In this document: positions 16,601 through 25,327 of the stretch, in pieces | Numbering within the stretch: the stretch's first letter is position 1 | Layout of the letters: each line of letters opens with the position of its first letter | Source: a virus | Lineage: Duplodnaviria > Caudoviricetes | Virus record (IMG/VR): IMGVR_UViG_3300044949_000260 | Coordinates: 1 to 40,014 of that record | Strand: one strand, 5' to 3' | Length of the DNA: 40,014 nucleotides | Notes under the pieces: generated by a model | The model's input: only the letters and a program-made list of their open reading frames with translations | Told to the model about the DNA's origin: nothing | Databases searched by the model: none | Translations under genes and position numbers: made by a program

Positions 16601-19600
16601 CCAGGTCAGGTGGCATGCCTTCTTCGGCCAGCATGCCGTACTTGCCATAGCCAAGTTTTGCCAGGTCAGGTGCTGGCGTCAGCGTTTCTTTGCTCTCAGG
16701 ATAAAGTGCCTTGACATCGGCAATCTTGAGTTTGTGGCCACCGAGTGATTCGATGTCGTTTCCATCCTCATCTTTTAGAGTGCCGCGCTTGAGGAATTCC
16801 ATGGCGCGGTAGACGCTGTCGTTCTGAACTTCTGCGGCCACCTCTTCGCGCACACCTTTGCGGATGTCTGCTGTCTTGGCTTGCATCTCCTTGAGCACAC
16901 GCGATCGTGCATTGCCCAGCCACTTCAATTGGCGCAGGCTGGCCTGGGTCAATTCAGTGATCGATGCCTCGGTGGCTTCGGCCATCATGGCCTGATATGC
17001 GGCCCACTCGGTGTCATCCATGCCAGACTCTTCTTGAGTTTGGAACATGGGCACCATGCTGTTGACAGCCTCAGATTGCTTGATCTGTGCATCGCTGGCG
17101 ATCATGCGATCCATCACCTGGCGCACTTCGCCAGTCAAGATCGGCAAGTCTTCGCCGTTTTCTTTGCGGTAAATCTCGTTGAGTTCTTCGCGAATTGAGG
17201 TGTAAACAGATTTAATCCAGTCACTAAATTTCTGGAAAATTGAACGCATACGCTCGCTTGGAGCCTTGCCTTCAAACAAGTAAATCTCGTAGTTGTAGGC
17301 CCATGCCTCATGGTATTTGCGTTGCTCATCAAGAGACAGCGCATTCCAGGTGGCCAGGTCTTTAACGCCAAACCAATCAAGGATCGTCTGCATGTCCTCT
17401 TTGTTTTGCTCGGTTGCGTCAGGGCGCGAGGCCATGTCGGCATACACCGTCAAAAAGAAGTGCGCAGTCTCATGCAAGAAGGTGGACATATCCGCCCCCT
17501 CGTTGAGGATTGTGGTCAATCGTTTTGGATCGAACCCGCCACGCTCGGGCTGGCGCAGGATTTGGGACTTGGCCGCAGGAGGAAAGAACTTGGCCACGGC
17601 TTCGGCATCAGCGTCTTCAAATGTCAGGGTTCCTGAACGCAGTTCAGCCGATGGTGCCGCCGCCTTAATTTCAGCCTCCTGGGCCTCAAATTTGCGAATC
17701 TCTGAGGTGAGCATTGCATACCGGCGTTTCGTGCCCGCAGGGGGCGTATACGCGCCAGCGGCAGGCATCGAGTGCATGCCATGCTGTTCGACCGGGACGC
17801 CAGTGTGTTTCGGCCCCAAAAGCACGGCCACGCCTTGGTCGCCCTGGGCGGCAGGGATGTAGACGCCATCGAACCCTGCGTCGATGATTGCGGACTCAAC
17901 CGCGTTGAACCATTGGCCACGATCGTCACGGCCCATGGCCGATGCCTGGGCACGCAGGCCCAGCGGGTCAGTCGCCGCGTTGTAGAGGTTGTCCAGGTAG
18001 ACGGCATGCACATTGCCGCCGACGCCCGCTTCGGGGCGGATGCCATTGCCGGTGTCCACATAGAAGTGGATGCGGTTTGACAGGCGAGTGTCAGCGCCAG
18101 CCAGACGGCCAGCCTCTGCGCCTTTTAAGCCTGTTCCGTAGGCGAATCCGGCAAGGTTATTCCGAGGTTGTTTTGAATAGTGGATGCCAAGGACTGAAGT
18201 TGCTCCATCCCTGGCTGTCCCATATCGTTGGGCAACATTGAGATCGCTTGCTCGTAGGCGTTGAACGCCGCCACCTCCGGCTCCTGATTGGGCAAAGACT
18301 GCGGGTTTTCCATGATCTTCCTTTCGTTTCTTGTTGCGCTTTACAGCGCGGTTTTGTTCTGCAACTGCGTCGTCGTAGGTCTTGGCCTTCTTGCCGTCAG
18401 TGATCTGGTGCCAGCCATAGTACGACTGGTCCAGGGCCATGAAAACGACATTCGGCTCACCATTGTTGAATTCGGCAAACGCTTCTTTGTTCCAACCTTC
18501 GGGCGCCTGAGTGTCATCCCAGGGTAAACGCGAAGATGCGACGAATCCATGGGCCGCGTAGAACTCCGGCAAGATCGTCTCGAATGCATCGAGTCTCGTG
18601 CCACCAGCGGCCACCGCCAACTCCATGACAGAGCGGCCAGCGCCACCCTGGGAAAACACCGAGACGATGTCCCCGTCGGGTTTGACTGCCACGCCAGACA
18701 GGCCGTCTTCAGCGAGGAATAGGCGCATGCCCTGGTAATCCTCGACCGGGTAGACATAGACAGCGGCACCCATGTCGCCACTGGCTTGCTTGCTGGCAGT
18801 GATGGCTTCAGAGAATCGTTGGGCATTCTGTGCGTTGCCTTGCTCCAACTCGTAGAACTTGGGCACCGTGATGCCGTTGTTGCGGTACACACGGGCCAGG
18901 CCTGCGCCCGCTTTCCATTCCTGCGAGTAGGTGACAAGGAGTTTTTTTAGAACCCGAACTTTTCCGCCATCTCCACTGCTTTTTGCCGTGTAAGACCAGG
19001 ATTGTTTTTGATCGCCGCTTCGATTGGATCTTGCAATTTGCGTTGCGACTGCGCCTGCGAAGAGGCGCTTTTCTCTTTGAGTAAAGCCTCCACTTTCTGC
19101 CTGCTCCCCTCCAGTGATCTCATCTTGCTCATCCTGTAGTCGTGCTCGTCTTGCGCGTTCATCTTTGGACTCCTTCTTCAATGCGTTATTGATCTTGCGA
19201 TCGGAAATACCCAAGTCACGCGCAACACCTGCGGCGGCATTGGCGTAGTCTGGGGCATCTTCATCACTATACCCATCTGTTGACTCTTGGTCAACATTAT
19301 TGTCTTTGGCCGACTCGTACAGTCGTTTTTCTGCATACCAAAGCACGGCCTGCAAATCGGCCATGGTCAGGTCGGCATAGGCCGGATCGGCCTGCAACTC
19401 GGCCAGGATCTGGGCGAAGACGGAGCGAATGTAGGTGCGCTCGTGAGGGCCAGCCGGGGCTTCCTTCTGGCCATCGTTGTACTTGGCCAGGCTGTTGCCT
19501 GCCTTGCGGATCTCCTCACCGACCTTGGACTCGTTCATCTGCTCGCGCAGTTTTGGGTCCATGGAAGCCTTCTGGATGGCGTCAGCCAGGCGATTGATCT

Positions 19601-22600
19601 CGGTGTTGGCTATGTCCATGCCAATGACGGCGGACAGGCTCTTGGCTTGTTCTGGGGTCGCACTGCGCAACACAGCGCCCAGGCGCTCAGTAGCCTTTTG
19701 AATGTTGTTTTGCTGGCTCTTGATCAGCGTGCCGGTCCAGCGTCCCCAGGTGCGGATCAGCCAGCGATCCATAGTCAGCGAACTAAAGTCGCCGTACAGG
19801 TTCGAGAAAAATCCGTTGCCGATCTTTGGACCAATGATGGCCGAGCCTTTAACCACGGTGTCTGCGTGCTCACCGCCAGGCTTTAGTTCTTTATTGATCG
19901 CACTGATTTCGCCCACGGTAAAGTTGGTCTGCATGAACTGGCGCAGATTTTTCATGCCCCATTCATCGACCAATTTATTGAACAAAGCCAGCGAATCATT
20001 GATTGCGTTTTGAGCCTGTCCACCTTTGATGTTGGTGGGCATGACCTTGTTTTCTTTGTAGTAGCGGTAGGCCTTCTCAGCCAGTTCGAAGTTCTTGTCG
20101 ACCTTCAAGCCGTTGGATGTGACGGCCAGCGCCCAGGTAAATGCAAAGCGTGCGTCTTCGTTGGTCGCGATCTCAGGATGGACCAAAGCCATGACGGCCA
20201 GCGCCTGGCGGGTTTTCTCGTCGTACCAGCCGATCGCATTCGGGTTTTGCTCGAGCGCAAACAGCGCGTCCTTCAAGCCCACGCGCACCAGATAGTCAGT
20301 GGTCTGAGGCGAAGGCACAGAGACATCGACGCCAGCGGCGCCAGCGGCTTCCTGCACAGCCTTCTGGATGGCCAACTTCAGGTCGCGGCCTTTGTTCCAC
20401 ACCTGGCTCTTGGCAACCTCGAGCGCATTTTTCAGTTCGGCCTGATCTTCAACAGTTTCAGGAATGTCGGCCTGCGCTTCGATCGCGGCCACATCATCGC
20501 CCTCGGCATCTTCTGCCGCGTTGATCGTGTCGGAGTCGGTGAGCGATTCGGTCTGCTGTGCAGGCGGCATGTCGCCCTGGCGCAGGATGTCTGCATTCTC
20601 ACGCGACCAAGTTCCGTCGTTGAACGGCGACTTGACTGCGGCAGGATCGAACACAACGATCTCGCGTGCGTCTGGCGCGACCTCGAGGATCACGCCGTCG
20701 TAGCCCTGGGCTTGTAGTTCAGCAGTAAATGCATCTGCGGCTTCGCGTCCACCAGCGCGGATGCGAGCCTTGTCCTCCATGGTGGCCATGTACGGGTTCT
20801 CGAGACGAGCGTACAGCGGCATTATGTTTTGGCCAGCAGGTCCAAATTTTCTTGCTTTTTGATCTGCATAAACATCGGCCATGTCTATGCTGTCGGTCAG
20901 ATATACGCCAGTGCCCAACCAGCCTGTGTCTTTGCGGTTCGGGTGGTCAGGATCGAATGCGGTCACATCGTCAGCAGTGCCGTGGTACAGCGTTTGCGGA
21001 CGGCCTTGTTGGTCCTGGAACATCGACGCGCCAATCCAGTTTCGGAATGCGTCGCTAGTCGTGTTGACAGTTTGATCCTGGTTGAACAGAGCCATGCCGC
21101 CAGCCTGGCCATCAGCACGCTCAACCTTGTACATGTAGCGGTCGTAAAACTCGGTCGGCATGATCTTTAGCGACGCGGCTTGCGTCACCACAAAGTCACG
21201 CACGAGTTGCGCGTTGATGCGTGCGGCGTTGTCGGTGTATTGCTTGGTCGCCTTGAGTTGCTGAAACATCGTGTTCTGGACCTGACGGGCAGACTTCACG
21301 AATTCTTTGTTGGTCATCTCAACCTTGGCGTTGGCCTCCATCTCCGTCTTCATGATCTCGGCCTGGTTATCAATGAACTGGCGAGCCTCACGGCGGGTCA
21401 TGGTTTCGCCCTCGATGCGCAAGTCATCGATCAAAGCAGTGCTGAACTCAGTCGGGGCAATGTTGGTTTGATACTCTGTCACAGGGATGGCGATGTCGCC
21501 GCCAGTGGCAATCGCAGTGTCGATCTGATCGCGCACAGAAGGCGACACTTCTGCTACGCGCTCGGCCAACCCAGATTGTTTTAGTGTTTCTCCGCTGATG
21601 TAGACAGTAGTGACATCCGTCTCTTGCGTTACCTGGCTGATCCACTCATTGAATGTTTCTGCACTGCGTGCTCGCACTTTGCTGGCACGAGAAAACTCTT
21701 GGACCTTTTCAAATGCTTTGGCACTGCGCTCGGCAGACTCTGCCTGCAACATGGTGCTTTTGTAGTTGCCGGGTATTTCCACCAAAGCGGATGGCAATTC
21801 AAGAATCGCCTCAAGCAAAATCTCACCAGGTTTGAATTCATTGGTGAGTGCTTGTGCCGATGCTTCACCAGCGGCTCCACCAGCGGCTTGAATAGTTGCT
21901 TCCCCAGTAACGCGTGTAGCAACGCTTGCCACTGTTGGCTTTGCGCCAGACAAAAGTTTTCCGGCTAGACCAGCAGTCAACGCGGTCCAAAAGGCTATTG
22001 GCACACCTCGCCTTACAGCCTTGTCGCGCGCTTCCTCCATAATTTTTTCATCGCTCAACACTTGGTAAAGGGCATCTGATGAATTGATTTGTCCGGCACG
22101 CGATTGAATGACTTCATCCATTGTCCCGGCATACTCAAGAAAGTAAGCACCTGTGCCAAGAGTCAAACCTTGGCGAATTGCTTGTTGAGAAAAAAACGGG
22201 ACTGTGGTTGACGCGCCCATCGGGCCAACATTTTTTGTTGCAATAGCCATTGCAATCACTGGTGAATATTTGCCGAATGATTGGATGGCCGCTTCCTTCA
22301 AAGCGAACGGGTTGCTCAAAATTGCGGACATACCCTCACTGAATGTCGAGGCCTCACTGATTTCTGTCAGGCCGCGCTGAATGTCTTCAGGGATAGGGAA
22401 CTTTTCAACATTTCTCTGATAGTTTTGAATGCTGAGTTTTTGTTGAATCTTTGGGTCGAACGAAATGCCATTGGCTTCAGCCGCCGCCTGCTGTCGGCTT
22501 TGCAGTCCTTTCATCAAAGACGATTGGTTGACCATGAAAGCAAAGTCTCGTTTGAACTCTGCATATCCACGGCGGAATGGCTCAGTGATGCCCTCAATAA

Positions 22601-23003
22601 AAGATCGCTCGATGGGCTTGATCGTGCCGAACTCACGCTCGATACCAGCCAGGTTTGGCGTGTCGTCGTGCGACACCTTTGCATTGTTCGGGTTGCTCAA
22701 CCATTGGCCAAGCAACGGCGAGCGGTCGAGCACACGGTCGAACTCATTGAGTTGCACATTGCGGTTGACTTGCGCAAAGTTGCGTTGCACTACATCGACA
22801 GGAATGCCAGACTTGTTTGACAAATTTCTTTCACGCGCCGCCTGATCAGGGTTTGTGTTAAGCGACTGATACAGGCTCGTGCGCAATTGCACGCGTTGTC
22901 CGTCGATCACATTGGCGGCGGCGGCGTCAACATCAGGCGCTCGCCTCGTGCCAGTGACTCGAGCGGCGGCGGCGTCAAATTCGTCTTCAGGTACTTGCAT
23001 CAT
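13623..23003 (-). CDS. Giant polyvalent internal virion/ejection protein (3126 aa): LPD22-like, ART, HhH-like, GNAT, ART-like, zincin HExxH, helical C-terminus
   Basis: Occupies the position of the third ejection protein; motifs YHGT..GVYLT..GYDGVI..EIVVF, GPKIG..TMDRW, LDAF...FY..HGF, IHYS..GFDGV and TFLHETAH. Confidence 0.85.
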   Translation of the reverse strand: MMQVPEDEFDAAAARVTGTRRAPDVDAAAANVIDGQRVQLRTSLYQSLNTNPDQAARERNLSNKSGIPVDVVQRNFAQVNRNVQLNEFDRVLDRSPLLGQWLSNPNNAKVSHDDTPNLAGIEREFGTIKPIERSFIEGITEPFRRGYAEFKRDFAFMVNQSSLMKGLQSRQQAAAEANGISFDPKIQQKLSIQNYQRNVEKFPIPEDIQRGLTEISEASTFSEGMSAILSNPFALKEAAIQSFGKYSPVIAMAIATKNVGPMGASTTVPFFSQQAIRQGLTLGTGAYFLEYAGTMDEVIQSRAGQINSSDALYQVLSDEKIMEEARDKAVRRGVPIAFWTALTAGLAGKLLSGAKPTVASVATRVTGEATIQAAGGAAGEASAQALTNEFKPGEILLEAILELPSALVEIPGNYKSTMLQAESAERSAKAFEKVQEFSRASKVRARSAETFNEWISQVTQETDVTTVYISGETLKQSGLAERVAEVSPSVRDQIDTAIATGGDIAIPVTEYQTNIAPTEFSTALIDDLRIEGETMTRREARQFIDNQAEIMKTEMEANAKVEMTNKEFVKSARQVQNTMFQQLKATKQYTDNAARINAQLVRDFVVTQAASLKIMPTEFYDRYMYKVERADGQAGGMALFNQDQTVNTTSDAFRNWIGASMFQDQQGRPQTLYHGTADDVTAFDPDHPNRKDTGWLGTGVYLTDSIDMADVYADQKARKFGPAGQNIMPLYARLENPYMATMEDKARIRAGGREAADAFTAELQAQGYDGVILEVAPDAREIVVFDPAAVKSPFNDGTWSRENADILRQGDMPPAQQTESLTDSDTINAAEDAEGDDVAAIEAQADIPETVEDQAELKNALEVAKSQVWNKGRDLKLAIQKAVQEAAGAAGVDVSVPSPQTTDYLVRVGLKDALFALEQNPNAIGWYDEKTRQALAVMALVHPEIATNEDARFAFTWALAVTSNGLKVDKNFELAEKAYRYYKENKVMPTNIKGGQAQNAINDSLALFNKLVDEWGMKNLRQFMQTNFTVGEISAINKELKPGGEHADTVVKGSAIIGPKIGNGFFSNLYGDFSSLTMDRWLIRTWGRWTGTLIKSQQNNIQKATERLGAVLRSATPEQAKSLSAVIGMDIANTEINRLADAIQKASMDPKLREQMNESKVGEEIRKAGNSLAKYNDGQKEAPAGPHERTYIRSVFAQILAELQADPAYADLTMADLQAVLWYAEKRLYESAKDNNVDQESTDGYSDEDAPDYANAAAGVARDLGISDRKINNALKKESKDERARRARLQDEQDEITGGEQAESGGFTQREKRLFAGAVATQIARSNRSGDQKQSWSYTAKSSGDGGKVRVLKKLLVTYSQEWKAGAGLARVYRNNGITVPKFYELEQGNAQNAQRFSEAITASKQASGDMGAAVYVYPVEDYQGMRLFLAEDGLSGVAVKPDGDIVSVFSQGGAGRSVMELAVAAGGTRLDAFETILPEFYAAHGFVASSRLPWDDTQAPEGWNKEAFAEFNNGEPNVVFMALDQSYYGWHQITDGKKAKTYDDAVAEQNRAVKRNKKRKEDHGKPAVFAQSGAGGGGVQRLRASDLNVAQRYGTARDGATSVLGIHYSKQPRNNLAGFAYGTGLKGAEAGRLAGADTRLSNRIHFYVDTGNGIRPEAGVGGNVHAVYLDNLYNAATDPLGLRAQASAMGRDDRGQWFNAVESAIIDAGFDGVYIPAAQGDQGVAVLLGPKHTGVPVEQHGMHSMPAAGAYTPPAGTKRRYAMLTSEIRKFEAQEAEIKAAAPSAELRSGTLTFEDADAEAVAKFFPPAAKSQILRQPERGGFDPKRLTTILNEGADMSTFLHETAHFFLTVYADMASRPDATEQNKEDMQTILDWFGVKDLATWNALSLDEQRKYHEAWAYNYEIYLFEGKAPSERMRSIFQKFSDWIKSVYTSIREELNEIYRKENGEDLPILTGEVRQVMDRMIASDAQIKQSEAVNSMVPMFQTQEESGMDDTEWAAYQAMMAEATEASITELTQASLRQLKWLGNARSRVLKEMQAKTADIRKGVREEVAAEVQNDSVYRAMEFLKRGTLKDEDGNDIESLGGHKLKIADVKALYPESKETLTPAPDLAKLGYGKYGMLAEEGMPPDLVASMFGFASGDQLVRSLLEAKPIKEEIDNRTDARMLDEYADLMNPAAIELEVQKALHNDARARFVAVELRYLAKATQPARLMIQAAKTAAKSLIGNKVISEIRPRDYALAEARASKESIKASKAGKTTEAARAKQNQLLNNQLTLEAVNARKEIDKAIEGFAKIFKADAKMAKNRNIDLVNAARFILGHYGLGPRDVEPGKFVEQLKAYNPDLFADIEPILLEATGGPRNYKKLTLNQFRDMKEIVDALWFQSKRDNEVMIEGKAVALDSIIGELTTRLEAIGVPLEVAGERMAPGKKEKAIRALYNAKALTRRVEHWADATDGAAGPGAFTNYIWRPVRAALDQYRVDRNRYVKDYVDMIQKLDLPVAKISAPELNYTFGNENGGIGKAEVLGALMHIGNDSNMKKLLVGRGWGTANEDGTVDTSRWNMFMNRMIDEGVLTKADFDFVQAVWDLNEEIKPMAQEAHREIFGYYFKEVEARSVVTPFGTYRGGYVPAKTDPFIVRDAQRQAKMEELEADFRNAMPSTGAGFTMGRVEYNKPLSLDIRVMAKHIDDVIRFARVQPTIRDTLKILRKRDFADTLTRIDPTVIEDMLIPWLNRSARQITSEAGMNKSIDTFWRAVRNRTGIGIMFGNITNALQQATGFFTSLIKVQGKYLKTALVDYMKSPTAQAEFVAELSPFMADRMSNQMVEVQDLMNDLLLNPTKFEKVQKWSNKHGYFLQQAFQNFVDIVTWVGAYNQAVAEAGVDVSEEAASKEAIKRADAAVRMTQSSLQPEDLSAFEVGSPFYKTLIQFSGYFNMMANLNATEYIKIFRDLGWRGNKGKLFMQYLLGFGLPMLVADAIVRSLGGGWDDEDDDGYLDVFMSWFFGSQARGAVALVPFGTAATVPFNAFNNKPYDDRMTTSPSVSTLEGATIGVVKAGINIADSDKEVTGKNVRDILTMISLVTGIPVTVLGRPIGYAIDVERGEIKPTSDVDYVRGLATGKASESSRQ
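18125..18313 (-). CDS. Candidate overprinted small gene (62 aa) nested in the +1 frame of the giant gene
   Basis: AAAGGAAG upstream of the ATG; acidic amphipathic product; lies at the GNAT/ART2 junction. Confidence 0.5.
   Translation of the reverse strand: MENPQSLPNQEPEVAAFNAYEQAISMLPNDMGQPGMEQLQSLASTIQNNLGITLPDSPTEQA
18947..19162 (-). CDS. Candidate overprinted small gene (71 aa) nested in the +1 frame of the giant gene
   Basis: AAGGAG-N7-ATG; protein-like C-terminus DPIEAAIKNNPGLTRQKAVEMAEKFGF; spans the HhH/GNAT linker. Confidence 0.6.
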   Translation of the reverse strand: MNAQDEHDYRMSKMRSLEGSRQKVEALLKEKSASSQAQSQRKLQDPIEAAIKNNPGLTRQKAVEMAEKFGF

Positions 23004-23017
23004 GTCGTTGTGTCCTA

Positions 23018-24706
23018 TTACTTCTGCTCGAGGCCGTATGCCTCGTACAGCACTGCATCAATCTGCGCTTTGGTTGGGTTGGCAACGCCACGACGGACCA
23101 GGGCGTCTTTTGCTTTGTTGCGCTGTGCGTCAGTGAACTGTGGTTTGAACTTGTTTTCTTCACCACGGGCGCGGGCCTCAAACCTGCGAACATTAGGATC
23201 TGGTCTATACCAAGAGCCAGTCAAAATTTCACCCTCAAGGATCAAGCCGTCAATCACTTGCTGGCGCTCTGCCTGGTTTAACTTTCCACCCTTCTGCGTT
23301 TGAGCCGCAAACAATGCTTTGTTTGCCTCAGAAGTAAAAGTGCCTGCCGCTTCGGTCTTCAACCCCAACTGCTTGATCGTTGCGCTGATTTGCTGTTGCG
23401 TTGTCACAGCCTCTGGCGCCTCGTTCTTGGTGCCCATCGTGCGTTGCAGGTTGATGAAGTGATTACGGTCACCTGGCGACAACTTGCTGAAGTATTGGCG
23501 CAAATCAAATTTCGATGGGTCTTTAAAGTCCGGGTTCTTAATCGCTTCCTGCGTCAGCATGTAATAAACATTCGAGTCGGTCTTGACTTCAACATTTTTT
23601 GACCGTGCTTCAAGATCAGCCTTTGCCGTGCGTTGCAGGCTGGCCAAGTCAGTGCCATCCATGCCAGCGAGCAAAGTCGCCGGAACTTTTTTGATGTCGC
23701 CAGTCTCAGCGTACACGCGCCAGGCTTTGTCTTTTGCTGTGTTCTGCGCTTCACGAATGATGCCGCTACGCTCGCTCTCAAAAATCTTGAGGCGTTGAAC
23801 AACCTGGTCTTCATCTTTTCCAGACAAGCGCTCACGCGCCAACTTCAAAGCCACACCAATATCGCCCTTGCTTTCAGTCCAAATCCCATCAGCAAGTCCT
23901 TGCTCTTTTGCATCACTGACGCCCATCTCTAAGGCTTTCTTGGAACGCTGGTAAGTTTCTGGCGTCATCTCATTGCCGTAGCGTTGCAAGTAGTCGCGAG
24001 CATTGTCAAAGTTTTGGCCATCAATCGCGGCTTGCATTACCTGACCATGAATTGAATTTGTCGCCTTCAACATCAACTGTTGGCGCTGTGCGCTGTCAGG
24101 CTCGTAGCCAAGTTTGTCAGCAAGAGTTTCTACGCTTTTCTTTGCCGCGCCATAGTAAACAGCAAAGTCTCCCTGTGGGTTTCTCCATCCAGCGGAGTAG
24201 CGCACTGCGTCATTGACAAATGTGTCGACTTGGGCGCCGCTCTCTTTGATGTCGTAATCGCGTTGCTCGGTCAGCGAATGACGAATGATTGAACTGTTTG
24301 CACTGCGCATGCGAACATTTGCAGAGTTGCGGAACATGATGCGCTGTATGTCGTTTTGCGCTTTGCCCATGATGTCTGTCATGGCCGCATCAATGTCACC
24401 TCGTGTTTTCATTGCCGCGTTGACGGCGTCTTTGCCTTTAAGGGTCAAGTATTGAGTTTCAATCGTGTCCGCTCTTGCCGCAAATTCGTTGTACATTTCT
24501 TTAGATGACGCGTCGTCAATTTCTCCCTGGAGGCGATCGGCGATCCGCATGACGGTCGTGCCAATCGACTGCATTGCCTGTCCAGACTTTGCAATTTGCT
24601 CACCAGAAAAATTGCGCATTGGCTCCACAGTTGGAGCCTGAATAGCAGGCATATTTGCCACGCCTGCATCTTGAGTCGGTAAATCGTAAATTGGTACTGT
24701 TGCCAT
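23018..24706 (-). CDS. Internal virion/ejection protein (middle)
   Basis: MATVPIYD start, helical and Gln/Ala-rich, L.GKDA motif; syntenic with podovirus core proteins. Confidence 0.75.
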   Translation of the reverse strand: MATVPIYDLPTQDAGVANMPAIQAPTVEPMRNFSGEQIAKSGQAMQSIGTTVMRIADRLQGEIDDASSKEMYNEFAARADTIETQYLTLKGKDAVNAAMKTRGDIDAAMTDIMGKAQNDIQRIMFRNSANVRMRSANSSIIRHSLTEQRDYDIKESGAQVDTFVNDAVRYSAGWRNPQGDFAVYYGAAKKSVETLADKLGYEPDSAQRQQLMLKATNSIHGQVMQAAIDGQNFDNARDYLQRYGNEMTPETYQRSKKALEMGVSDAKEQGLADGIWTESKGDIGVALKLARERLSGKDEDQVVQRLKIFESERSGIIREAQNTAKDKAWRVYAETGDIKKVPATLLAGMDGTDLASLQRTAKADLEARSKNVEVKTDSNVYYMLTQEAIKNPDFKDPSKFDLRQYFSKLSPGDRNHFINLQRTMGTKNEAPEAVTTQQQISATIKQLGLKTEAAGTFTSEANKALFAAQTQKGGKLNQAERQQVIDGLILEGEILTGSWYRPDPNVRRFEARARGEENKFKPQFTDAQRNKAKDALVRRGVANPTKAQIDAVLYEAYGLEQK

Positions 24707-24715
24707 GATCTGTCC

Positions 24716-25327
24716 TTATTTGCTGATGTCAACGCCGAGTTTGTCGGCCATTGCGGCAAGTCTTCGGTCTTGATACCAAGCGTTGGCAACTGAGCCAGCA
24801 CTGCCCAGTAGGCTTGTAGTCATAGCCAAGCCGGGGCTAATCGTCCCAGCAGAGGCCATTACATTGCTGGCGGACACATCTTGCAGTGCGCCTTGCGTTA
24901 TGTAGTTCTGGCGCTGAAGTCGTGCGGCCTCGGCACTGCGCACCGTATCCGCGTTGACGGTCAGCATGTCGATCTCTTTCATGAGGTCGGTTGTTGCAAT
25001 CGTCTCAACAGCACTGCCAACGCCAAGGTCGATGCCTCGAGCCGCCAGCGATGCACGCTGTGAACTCTTGATCTTGCCAGCACGCAGGCTGACTTGACCT
25101 TGTTTGAGTTGGCCAGCACGCATGATCTGCTGGGCTGTGAACTCGGCCTGCACGGCATTGAGCCGCGAGATGTCTGCCTGGAACTCCAGGCTCGAGGCTT
25201 GGGACTCGAGTTGTAGTTGCTGGCTCTTGGCGTTGAAGTAGGAGCCAATCGCGCCTTGAATGGCGCCGCCGACGGCGAAGATCCCGCCCAGTTGGCTTGC
25301 TTGCGCAGGCGTCAAAAAGGTACTCAT
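24716..25327 (-). CDS. Internal virion/ejection protein (small, T7 gp14-like position)
   Basis: Gly/Ala hydrophobic ends; QRA.LAA.GIDL..GSA motif; AGGAG RBS. Confidence 0.8.
   Translation of the reverse strand: MSTFLTPAQASQLGGIFAVGGAIQGAIGSYFNAKSQQLQLESQASSLEFQADISRLNAVQAEFTAQQIMRAGQLKQGQVSLRAGKIKSSQRASLAARGIDLGVGSAVETIATTDLMKEIDMLTVNADTVRSAEAARLQRQNYITQGALQDVSASNVMASAGTISPGLAMTTSLLGSAGSVANAWYQDRRLAAMADKLGVDISK

Noticed and set aside
17624-18937. Other same-strand alternative-frame ORFs in the giant gene (17624..18061, 18341..18937)
   Set aside because: They overlap conserved catalytic domains, lack a convincing RBS and have the Arg/Pro/Ser/Trp-rich composition typical of off-frame reads, unlike the two nested candidates retained.
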